Source: an uncultured Chlorobiaceae bacterium
GTDB lineage: Bacteria > Bacteroidota > Ignavibacteria > UBA10030 > SZUA-254
Assembly (NCBI GenBank): GCA_964523395.1
Contig: CAZFXS010000009.1
Span: 22,235-86,234 of the forward strand
Length of the DNA stretch: 64,000 bases
Reading direction: 5' to 3'
Shown here: positions 57,801 through 64,000 of the stretch, piece after piece
Layout of the letters: each line of letters opens with the position of its first letter
Numbering within the stretch: position 1 is the first letter of the stretch
The notes under the pieces: model-generated
What the model was told of the DNA's origin: nothing
The model's input: only the letters and a program-made list of their open reading frames with translations
The model's database searches: none
Program-made: the position numbers and the translations under genes

Positions 57801-60731
57801 AATTGTTCCCACCGCGACATCCATGGGATAATACGCGAGCAGATTTATGTTGCTTGTCAGTAATCTCCCGGCATCCCGCTGAATCTCACTTTGTGCACGA
57901 ACAACATCCCAGATACGGACCTCATCAAGCGTGCCGTTAAAGAATCCGGCAACGGGAGAACTGCCGATACGGAATGCGCCGGAACCGCCATACAATTCCT
58001 CAGCAACATCGCTTGCATACAGTTCACCATCACGGTAGAGACTGCGCTCTCCCGTAGTACGATTAAATGTTACCGCCCAGTGATGCCACGTTAAAGATGT
58101 ATCCGGCGGACCTTCAAGATCATTTCCATAAAATCCGAATACAGGATTATTGTTCGCATAAAACCCGATGCTCAATCCAAGATTCTGGGACCCGGTTCCT
58201 TGTCCGACTGCCCAGCTTGCAGAATTGATGGCAGTCCGTTTCGCCCAGAATTCAATGGTAAATGAGGTATTATTCAGCGTAATTCCGGAGACATTAACAT
58301 AATCTCCGTTGCCATCGCATTGCAGTGCGCGTGCGTAGGGCGAAGCGGCGTACACGTAGACACCCTCGCTTCCACCGCCTGCCTGCGTAAGAATTGACCC
58401 GTTGATACTTCCATTCGGTGCACGCCATCCCACAGGATCACAACCGGATACCGTAACAGATCCGTTATACGCTTCTACACAATACTCATAGAGAACACCG
58501 GGCACAGCACTATTGTCAGCAAAATTCGTCAGTCCTCCGCTTAGTCCTGTAGCAATAGTTTCCACGGTACCGGTGTTTAAGTCACGGCGATTAATGCGTA
58601 AACCACTTTCGTATCGTGCGGTGTATGTCCAATTGAGTTGAACCCGATTGTCATATACTCCTTCTGATGCGGTTACCACCGGTGGACCGCTGAATTTTCC
58701 ACCAGAGTCCATCGCGGTATCGGCAGCAGTGAATCCTGCGCCATTCACACGTACTGAATAGTCGTAGGCTACACCCGCAGTCCCTCCCAGGTCATCGTAC
58801 GTTGTTGTTACAATCGGGTTAGCAGTCAGCAATGTCGTACCGCGAAACACACTATAGGATGTCGCTCCCGCAACAGCGCTCCAAGTAATGCGCGTCCGGT
58901 CAGTGTACGCTCCATCGGATGCTGATATGGTGGCAATTGCCCGCAATCTCCACCCCTGATCGATTACTGAACCCCCTTCCGTCGCCGATTGATACGGTCG
59001 CACGTCATAGATATACTGTGACGGGCTGGATCCACTCAACGCCGGCTCCACGCCAAAATCGTTATAGCTTACTGTCGCAGGGCCGACGGAGACCGGAGTG
59101 CCGTAATTCGCGTCGGTTGTTTTCTTCCTGTAAATTCTAAATCCCTGGATTCCTGCTGTGGAAAATCCGGCAGGAAGTGTCCAGGTTACGACTATTCGAT
59201 CGGTATAAGCGCCATCGCTCGCGGAAACTGAAGCGACCGGCGAAATTTTCCTACCGACGTCGCTTCGTGTTTGTGATTCACCAAAATCATTTGACATGCT
59301 GACGAGATACGTGTAAATCTGCCATGGGTTTCCCGCAGCATCATTATATGAAGTATTGGTTGGCGTAGTGTTGATGAGCGTGGAGGTTGTTTGACGATAT
59401 ACACGCGAGGTCATCGCGAACGCGCCACGTTTATCCCAGGAGATTGTGGTGTTCGACGCCTGATTGTCCGTGGCGGCAATATTTGTCGGGCGGGGAATCA
59501 GCTCATATACATACGCGCTCCCCGGCCGGCCGCTTTGACCCGGCGCGCCAACGGCAAGATACCCATTCGGCCCTAATGAAACCGAGAAGCCGTATACCCT
59601 GTTGACCCATCCGCCGGATGGATTAGAATATGTTGTAAGGTTCAGCGGATCTTCACTCCAGGATCCTCCCACTTTCTTGAAGATCGCGACTCCGCCGCCA
59701 TTGGCTTCCGCTCCAATCGTGTTGTATGGAAACCCTGTCACTACCACGCTGTCACGGATAGAAATAGAGTACCCGGCTTGGTCATTTGCTGACGAAGCGA
59801 AAGGCGAATTATAGTATTCCCTTGTCCACGCTGAGTCCTGTCCTTTGTAAATCCAGATTTGGCCCCTGTTGCCTACTCCGCTTGGATCCGCAACCGATGC
59901 TCCAACCGCAATTCGGTCCTTGCTGACGTCGACGGAATATCCGTAATGATAGTCAGCGGGTCCGGTCGTCGCAACTTCACCAATTACGGAACTTCCGAAT
60001 GTTTTTTCATACTCATACGTTGAACCATTATGCTTGAACGAATACACTCTTCCCACTCTGTCGCCGTAATACGGCGCGCTGACGACCAACCTGGTTCCGT
60101 CCATCGCCACTGAGGTGCCAAAACGTTCCCCATCGGCGACTGAACTTCGTGTTAACAATGTTTGGAGAAGCACACCCTGATTTGTAAAAATCTCAACTCT
60201 GCCGCCTATGTTCGGCGCTTCGGGAGAACCAACGGCGATTAGCGTCCCGGCGATATCAACGGAGGCGCCGCGGTATCCGGATGCTGCAGACGGGAGAAAA
60301 ACCCCCGCTGACCAGGAGGGTGCACTATAGTTGAATATTCTAAATCCCCCGAAACCGCCCGCTGCCGGCTCCCCCACCACTAAAATGTTATTTTCCGCAG
60401 CAATTGTTTTGTTGAATGTGAAAATGCCTCCTGCTGTAACTATGCCTACGTCAACTGTTAGCACTTGGGTCTGAGTCCAGACGTTATTATCACCGAACCG
60501 CCAGACATAGACTTTACCTTCAAGCGGCGAATGAATAAAATACCATGGGGTGCCATCCGATGAAATGCAGGTTGCCACGGCATTTCCGAATCCGGCCACT
60601 CCGTCTCCCGAGGGTGACGCGAAAGGGTAAGATTGACCGTAAACTGCAAATGGGTTAAGAATAAGCAAGGTTATAGCGCACATAAGCGCCAAACCGATAG
60701 AAAAACGATGACTTGAAGCAAAGACCTTCAT
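51876..60731 (-). CDS. Giant (2951 aa) T9SS-secreted protein with N-terminal FG-GAP/integrin-alpha-like beta-propeller repeats, FN3 domains, a LamG/ConA-like domain, four GWN...GYW modules and a Por-type CTD
   Basis: Strong ribosome-binding site AAAGGAGGG. Signal peptide. FG-GAP-like FGNAVA...DG, FGTSVAMDGTRLVVSAP. LamG-like region (WHHWAVTF...LDEVRIWD). CTD ALDQNYPNPFNPKTMIRYQL...VYFYRL. Confidence 0.9.
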   Translation of the reverse strand: MKVFASSHRFSIGLALMCAITLLILNPFAVYGQSYPFASPSGDGVAGFGNAVATCISSDGTPWYFIHSPLEGKVYVWRFGDNNVWTQTQVLTVDVGIVTAGGIFTFNKTIAAENNILVVGEPAAGGFGGFRIFNYSAPSWSAGVFLPSAASGYRGASVDIAGTLIAVGSPEAPNIGGRVEIFTNQGVLLQTLLTRSSVADGERFGTSVAMDGTRLVVSAPYYGDRVGRVYSFKHNGSTYEYEKTFGSSVIGEVATTGPADYHYGYSVDVSKDRIAVGASVADPSGVGNRGQIWIYKGQDSAWTREYYNSPFASSANDQAGYSISIRDSVVVTGFPYNTIGAEANGGGVAIFKKVGGSWSEDPLNLTTYSNPSGGWVNRVYGFSVSLGPNGYLAVGAPGQSGRPGSAYVYELIPRPTNIAATDNQASNTTISWDKRGAFAMTSRVYRQTTSTLINTTPTNTSYNDAAGNPWQIYTYLVSMSNDFGESQTRSDVGRKISPVASVSASDGAYTDRIVVTWTLPAGFSTAGIQGFRIYRKKTTDANYGTPVSVGPATVSYNDFGVEPALSGSSPSQYIYDVRPYQSATEGGSVIDQGWRLRAIATISASDGAYTDRTRITWSAVAGATSYSVFRGTTLLTANPIVTTTYDDLGGTAGVAYDYSVRVNGAGFTAADTAMDSGGKFSGPPVVTASEGVYDNRVQLNWTYTARYESGLRINRRDLNTGTVETIATGLSGGLTNFADNSAVPGVLYEYCVEAYNGSVTVSGCDPVGWRAPNGSINGSILTQAGGGSEGVYVYAASPYARALQCDGNGDYVNVSGITLNNTSFTIEFWAKRTAINSASWAVGQGTGSQNLGLSIGFYANNNPVFGFYGNDLEGPPDTSLTWHHWAVTFNRTTGERSLYRDGELYASDVAEELYGGSGAFRIGSSPVAGFFNGTLDEVRIWDVVRAQSEIQRDAGRLLTSNINLLAYYPMDVAVGTIVPDYSQNSRHGTLINAISVNTVAPVYNGAFTNASGGYSISKVTYGSSQQFTVTPRKISPATPTSFPKTIPQGDTLSTMHQFSPSSRSITLASGGAVANGVDFTDQTSFTMSGIIQFLDLGNQSASGVCFADNIGFTVNGQTIPTITDAQGKYSISRAPGNYTIVPVKTGHTFVPPSYVINSLNQNLPSLHFEDYTKAKLTLRAMGGCDASIGTVKIFLQSVNLCFSETVTVAGTSVIEVPPLNYNATVTSVSTGNPAQDLAIKEYFDEKGSKPVNLSLLNASTNAFEDTLEFIYHSPAFIEVLGFPAPQTITLPLGGGTINVPVLQTLNTVNLTIRVFERYIDGADTNTCPVKNVTVKIHNDITGESPEDSLRLDSLGYGVFRLIPGLPNIAIGGAHPLQKRFEVVADVDGQFPTFEQWALVLGERPRPATFTTVTPELPLTVLHDPPGDLSSSFLESGHNACVTWSMFAEEAVGAGVTSTAFFGTKLLLITGLGVEVGEEQEAIGSLTKSINVSQSLKGGYENEVCVGVTERFSTDENEVINGPRSDVFIGGAVNLIYALTDVLKLEGSTIVRDTNFAVAADGFATKYIYSENFIRYSLLPTLEVIKGIKLGEGDTFGADSVQNSIDVWQQILDQNVANLASAQFLENRSFDAGPLVSYSNTSTRSESRFIDFGLAIEEEIAAEAGFKVAGTGGSAKVIVNFALRAGFTNTEATTTYTTVGYTLGDNDLGDVFSVDIKRDRQYGTVAFDLRSGGSSCPWEPWFVDPDAGTLPRTLQRSNPKLTVAPAERNNVDPQGTASFTLNLSNMSESEELWVYKIVPMQSSNPDGAVIKINGDFSQEYAVDPGATQVATLTVTRGPEAYIYPNLKVLVYNQCDYDIFSNGGAFYGVDTATVTVRFQQACSEIRIADPDDGWIVNRSSNGVLPITMADFDLSNTDLEEIAMQYARETDQIWTNLPQATFLRNPDGTWETQEGAPVVLDGGVYGFPWVLPSGLPDGKYKLRAVTRCKTLGSFYSAVVRGTIDRSTPLVFGHPWPTDGILSTGDDVKVEFNEFIDCAALTSDRFELRDALAGVRVPLDFICNFNGTQVVLTPRGVSFDEMRGKTYQMTIPGAFLINNVERGVRDLYGNVLQKGVSWAFYVGDSVVTWDSPLATTLLNVGEGGIIVTSLHNSATEPIQFTIDSLPPWLQATPPSGVIPAGGSLPITFTISGSIGVGEFQVLVFATMTPVPPLKGSESSFSSLANAHIPLTIAVNVGTGAAPLSWSPSTIATAAQQGQSKVLNATLSNLGSDTLEVDLTELPAWLTTSPLHHVLPPNSDKVISLTTSASLPNGTHIASLNAATTSGAMALPIYLIVNATGTNPGGMVVQSIPVGKGWSWISLGVDVTGKSIDTVLASIRDSSSSGDIISGKNGSSQYSPASQAWIGTIGTLVPGESYRLYRSKPSVLSVSAIPVNPSTVVPVAPGWNYLGYLPLSSIAASQALASLNPTSSAGDVMKGSAGSMMYSPTDGMWFGSPSQLEPGEGYRLFSKNGGNLTYVNGQNNSLMSSQSAIPAFNQSTMAKVVSAEPMSVSTTISNQVDPSLYAHSMTIAGAIAEGNSIIGSGDMVLMAYVGSELRGVAQFVKIPSLDQYRAIMTVFSNIPSGEPISFRVGHDSTTLTYSVQPDIAMSFKADTIRGTIQSPMIFRGTFDDGLAQFTQSLIPNWNMIALPLAPPDRRKTALYPSALSKAFRFTPGAGYTEDDTLDNGVGYWVNFGGIGDIGYTGSAVDSVTISLSAGWNLVGGISGDVPVPQVMQNPPNSLISMFFAYGQGGYTADSVVRAGKAYWIRTSQNCQITLKVRLSAADMALAMTDISKLSMEELPPPPPTGDGFSADHIPLAVPTVYALDQNYPNPFNPKTMIRYQLPEESKVSLVIYNVLGQEVAAIANGIEASGFRVAEWDASSISSGVYFYRLEATSTADPTRTFMQIKKMVLVK

Positions 60732-60953
60732 AAAGCCCTCCTTTATGATTGTTTTGAGAATTGAAACAGAAGACGGTAATAAGAATGTGGGAGTAAGATA
60801 CCATCCGGAGGGGGCGGGTACATATCAATGAGATAACAAAGTCAATAAACCATCTAACATTGTTGATTTTTTGATGAATGGAGGCAGAACCCCACGATTT
60901 ATCGTGGACCAAATGGGACAACAGCATGGATGGGCTTTAGCCCTGATTGTGCT

Positions 60954-63900
60954 TTATGATTTGGAAGGAAAGAGATCTGAAGGAAGGCTTCCGAACTGCT
61001 CACGGAAGCATTTGGTGAAGTAGGCCGGGCTGCTAAATCCGACCCTGTATGCGATTTCCGATACATTTCCGGCATTATTCCGGAGAAGCTCCATTCCCCG
61101 TTGAAGCCGCTGATGCCGTATAAACAGGCTCGCCGATTGACTCGTGAGGGCTTTCAGTTTACGGTGAAGCTGCATATGGCTCATCCCCATTTCTTCGCTC
61201 AACCGCTCAACGGTGAATTCTTCATCACCCATATGGGTTTCGATAATGGCAAGAATTTTCTCCAGGAAAATCTGATCCACCGAGTTTACAGCGATATCCC
61301 TCGGCTTTACCACCAACGATTCGCTAAACCGCTGGCGCAATTTGCGCCTCAACTCAATGAGATTCCTGATTCTGACAACCAATTCTTTAGAATTAAACGG
61401 CTTGATAAGATAGTCATCAGCTCCGGTTTCCAATCCCTGAAGCTTGTCTTCGTCCCCTGCCTTTGCCGTCAGCAGAATAACGGGGATGTGGCTTGTCTTT
61501 TCGTCCGTCTTTAATTTTTTGCAGAGTTCATAACCATCCATCTTCGGCATCATCAGGTCACTCACAACCAGATCCGGAACAATGGCAAGCGCTTTCTCCA
61601 ATCCGTCCATGCCATCAACCGCTTCGACAACGTTGTACGAAGAATCGATCTGTTCTTTCACATACGCACGCACATCGGCGCTATCTTCCACAAGAAGAAC
61701 GATTGTTTTATCCGAGTCCACAACTGATTCTCCGGAAGTTTTTTCCACAGGTTCAACACCTCCGGCATCAGCAAGTCTGGCACGCACCTTTTCTTCAGTG
61801 ACAATACTTTCTTCCACAATTTCATCCTGGGAGAGGTGATTCTTTCCCATAGGCAGGCGAACGATAAAACTTGAGCCCTCCCCTACGATGCTTTTCACAG
61901 CAACAGTCCCGTGATGGATGTGAACAAGCTCTTGCACAAGAGCAAGACCAATGCCTGTTCCTTCAAATTCCCGCGGGCTTGCTGTTTCAGAGCGATGGAA
62001 CCGGTCAAAAATCCTTCCAACATCTTTCACGGGAATACCAACACCCGTGTCGCTGACGCATACTTCGGCTGAATTCTCCGCTCCCCTGGTAATATCAACC
62101 CGCACCATACCTCCCTCTTTGGTAAACTTGAGCGCATTGGAAATCAGATTCACAAACACTTTCTCCATCGCGTCCTTATCGAAATAGAGTTCGAGTGTTT
62201 CGTCGGTCGACTGCACCTGAAGGCCAATACCGCGTTTTTCCGCCAGCGAAGAAAAGGATTTTGCAATACCGCGGACAAATGGAATGAGATTGCTCCGTGA
62301 AGCTTTCAGTTTCACTTTACGCGCCTCAAGACGCGAAAGATCAAGTAACTGATTAATCAACTGTAGCAATTTCGACGCGTTCCGGCGAATAAGGGAAAGC
62401 CGTTCACTGTCTTTTTCATCTTTTATTTTTTCCATAAGCTGTTCCACCGGGCCAAGTATCAGTGTCAATGGCGTGCGGAATTCATGGGAAATATTGGCGA
62501 AGAACCTCGTTTTCATTTCGTCCAGTTCACGCAGGGACTCCGCTTCCACATGTTTCATTTTCAGATCATTCTTAAGCCGCTCACGTTGGATTTCAAAACG
62601 CCGGGCAGCATATACTACTCCACCGAACGCAATCACATACAATGTGTACGCCCACCACGTCCGCCACGGGGGTGGTGTAATAATCAAGCGAATCGACGCG
62701 CCATTTTCATTCCAGACACCGTCGCTATTTGAACCTTTCACCTGAAACACATATTCACCCGGATCTAGGTTAGTGAATGTAGCAAGCTGTCCGTTGCCGG
62801 CATCCACCCACGTGTCCTGAAAATTCTCAAGCTTGTACTGGTAGCGGACTTTCCGAGGATCACCATAGGTCAGCGCGGCATACCCGAACCCGATAATATT
62901 ATCACGATAGGAAAGAATGATTTCTTTTGACTCACCGACAGGAATCTGCAATGGGGAACCTTTTATACCAAACTGCACACTCCTGTTGGAGATACGGAAA
63001 TCGGTAAGGACAATTGGCGGAGGGAGCGGATTGTCAATGATCTGTTCAGGATAAAATGTATTCAGTCCACCTATCCCCCAAAAAATCAGTTCTCCAGACT
63101 TAGTCTTATAGCATGCGCCCTGGTTGAATTCGTTAGATTGAAGTCCGTCTGAAATATCATAATTGCGAAATGCTTTTGGCCCGGTCACCGAAGGATCGAA
63201 ACGTGAGAGGCCCCGGTTGGTACTGACCCAGAGCATACCATCATCCCCCGCCAGAATGCCATTGATAAAATTGTTCGGAAGCCCATCCTTGTCGGTAAAC
63301 CTGGTAAACCTTTTGTTGTTAATATCAAACCGATGCAACCCAGCGCCTCCGGTTCCAACCCACAGAATGCTATCAGGATGCAGAGGATCAAGCAAGAGTG
63401 ATGGAACATGATCATTGGCTAACGATAACGGGTCAGATGGATCATGCTTATAATCTATTCGTATGCCTGTTTGTGGATCAAACCGGGAAAAACCAACATC
63501 ACCCCAGCTTATCCAAAAAATGTTGTTCCGGCTCACCGACATGGAGAAAATCCGTCCCCGCAGTCTGAGGGAATCCACCGCATAATGAGTAAAGTCACCT
63601 GATGTATTATTATAAACGGAAAGAAATCCATCTGACTGTAAAACCCAGATTTGCTGGTGAGCATCTTCATGGATTGCCAGAACATAATTATTATGCAAAC
63701 TTGCAGACTGACCTGGACGGTTGATAAAGAGTATAGGGGATGCGATCGGCGAGTCGAAACGGTAGAGACCGTTGTCTGTTCCTATCCAAATTCTTCCTGA
63801 ATGATCGACAAGAGGAAATGTTGATGCCCCGACGGAAAGAAGATCATGAAGTGGTTTCCCGAATGGTGATGACGTTCTTATAGTCCGACTGGAACCTGTA

Positions 63901-64000
63901 TCGCGTAAATCAGCGGCAAGAGTCAGGGGATACGCTTGAAAAAATTCAGTGGGTGAATCATAGCGGAACTGCTTCGCCCAGCCGTCAAACTGAAACACGC
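60954..64000 (-). CDS. Hybrid two-component system sensor kinase/response regulator with a C-terminal AraC-type HTH (HTCS-like). The N-terminus lies beyond the window end.
   Basis: Regulatory-propeller repeats and a Y_Y_Y-like region plus TM. HisKA (ISHEFRTPLTLI), HATPase_c, REC (VLLVEDSADVR...VVSDLMMPKMDG...DYLIKPF), HTH_AraC (EIAYRVGFSSPAYFTKCFREQFG). No signal peptide or start context inside the window. Confidence 0.9.
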   Translation of the reverse strand, partial: VFQFDGWAKQFRYDSPTEFFQAYPLTLAADLRDTGSSRTIRTSSPFGKPLHDLLSVGASTFPLVDHSGRIWIGTDNGLYRFDSPIASPILFINRPGQSASLHNNYVLAIHEDAHQQIWVLQSDGFLSVYNNTSGDFTHYAVDSLRLRGRIFSMSVSRNNIFWISWGDVGFSRFDPQTGIRIDYKHDPSDPLSLANDHVPSLLLDPLHPDSILWVGTGGAGLHRFDINNKRFTRFTDKDGLPNNFINGILAGDDGMLWVSTNRGLSRFDPSVTGPKAFRNYDISDGLQSNEFNQGACYKTKSGELIFWGIGGLNTFYPEQIIDNPLPPPIVLTDFRISNRSVQFGIKGSPLQIPVGESKEIILSYRDNIIGFGYAALTYGDPRKVRYQYKLENFQDTWVDAGNGQLATFTNLDPGEYVFQVKGSNSDGVWNENGASIRLIITPPPWRTWWAYTLYVIAFGGVVYAARRFEIQRERLKNDLKMKHVEAESLRELDEMKTRFFANISHEFRTPLTLILGPVEQLMEKIKDEKDSERLSLIRRNASKLLQLINQLLDLSRLEARKVKLKASRSNLIPFVRGIAKSFSSLAEKRGIGLQVQSTDETLELYFDKDAMEKVFVNLISNALKFTKEGGMVRVDITRGAENSAEVCVSDTGVGIPVKDVGRIFDRFHRSETASPREFEGTGIGLALVQELVHIHHGTVAVKSIVGEGSSFIVRLPMGKNHLSQDEIVEESIVTEEKVRARLADAGGVEPVEKTSGESVVDSDKTIVLLVEDSADVRAYVKEQIDSSYNVVEAVDGMDGLEKALAIVPDLVVSDLMMPKMDGYELCKKLKTDEKTSHIPVILLTAKAGDEDKLQGLETGADDYLIKPFNSKELVVRIRNLIELRRKLRQRFSESLVVKPRDIAVNSVDQIFLEKILAIIETHMGDEEFTVERLSEEMGMSHMQLHRKLKALTSQSASLFIRHQRLQRGMELLRNNAGNVSEIAYRVGFSSPAYFTKCFREQFGSLPSDLFPSKS

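Overview
This 64-kb window looks like a cell-surface and biofilm accessory region of a bacterium with a type IX secretion system (T9SS) that uses Shine-Dalgarno ribosome-binding sites. Its GC content is roughly 50% by eye. Four large secreted proteins end in a Por-type T9SS C-terminal sorting domain (CTD) with an NYPNPFN motif. I did not see a PEP-CTERM motif in the CTD regions examined; the full proteins were not scanned.

Layout, in order:
- 1-2.6 kb: a partial TPR-repeat gene, tRNA-Gln(CUG), and an NtrC-type sigma-54 activator whose receiver domain looks degenerate.
- 2.8-11.2 kb: two adjacent minus-strand T9SS-secreted GH18 chitinase-like multidomain genes. The second one contains a 1353-bp tandem in-frame duplication of a GH18-polyPro-FN3 module that is 100% identical at the nucleotide level.
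- 11.6-16.2 kb: a minus-strand operon that appears to run from a sigma-54 promoter to a strong terminator. It encodes a short Wza-like export protein, an outer-membrane beta-barrel, a stand-alone sigma-54-activator AAA+ domain lacking GAFTGA, and a fusion of a WecA/MraY-like phosphotransferase to a WbaP-N-terminal-like domain.
- 16.7-51.5 kb: a co-directional plus-strand array of about 24 genes that starts at a second, divergently oriented near-consensus sigma-54 promoter. Many adjacent genes overlap their stop and start codons by 4 nt. The array contains:
  - a Wzz/GumC-like chain-length determinant;
  - a BY-kinase-like ATPase;
  - a Wzy-like polymerase;
  - an FkbM methyltransferase;
  - GT26 and GT4 glycosyltransferases, including two tandem GT4 paralogs;
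  - a Wzx flippase;
  - a hexapeptide-repeat (LbH) acetyltransferase;
  - a CE4 deacetylase;
  - four paralogous FemAB/CelD-like (Acetyltransf_6) proteins, one fused to a spermidine-synthase-like domain;
  - an adenylate-forming (AMP-ligase) enzyme;
  - a YkgJ-type CxxCGxCC protein;
  - a processive QRSRW-type GT2 synthase;
  - an orphan CheY-type receiver;
  - a secreted TIG protein with a dockerin-like tail;
  - a 3.5-kaa Ig-repeat / InlB-B-repeat T9SS adhesin;
  - a small membrane protein with one transmembrane (TM) helix.
- 51.7-64 kb: tRNA-Glu(CUC), a bidirectional terminator, a convergent 2951-aa T9SS protein (FG-GAP propeller, LamG, FN3), and a partial hybrid two-component sensor with an AraC-type HTH.

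The most interesting candidate system is the sigma-54-driven polysaccharide locus. It combines Wzx/Wzy-type machinery with a NodC/PgaC-like synthase, a NodB-like CE4 deacetylase, an adenylating enzyme and several FemAB-like transferases. That combination suggests deacetylation followed by re-acylation or amino-acylation of an amino-sugar polymer, similar in content to exosortase-associated EPS loci; no exosortase gene was recognised in the window. A second recurring signal is a previously unnamed GWN...GYW module that sits near the CTD of three different T9SS cargo proteins.
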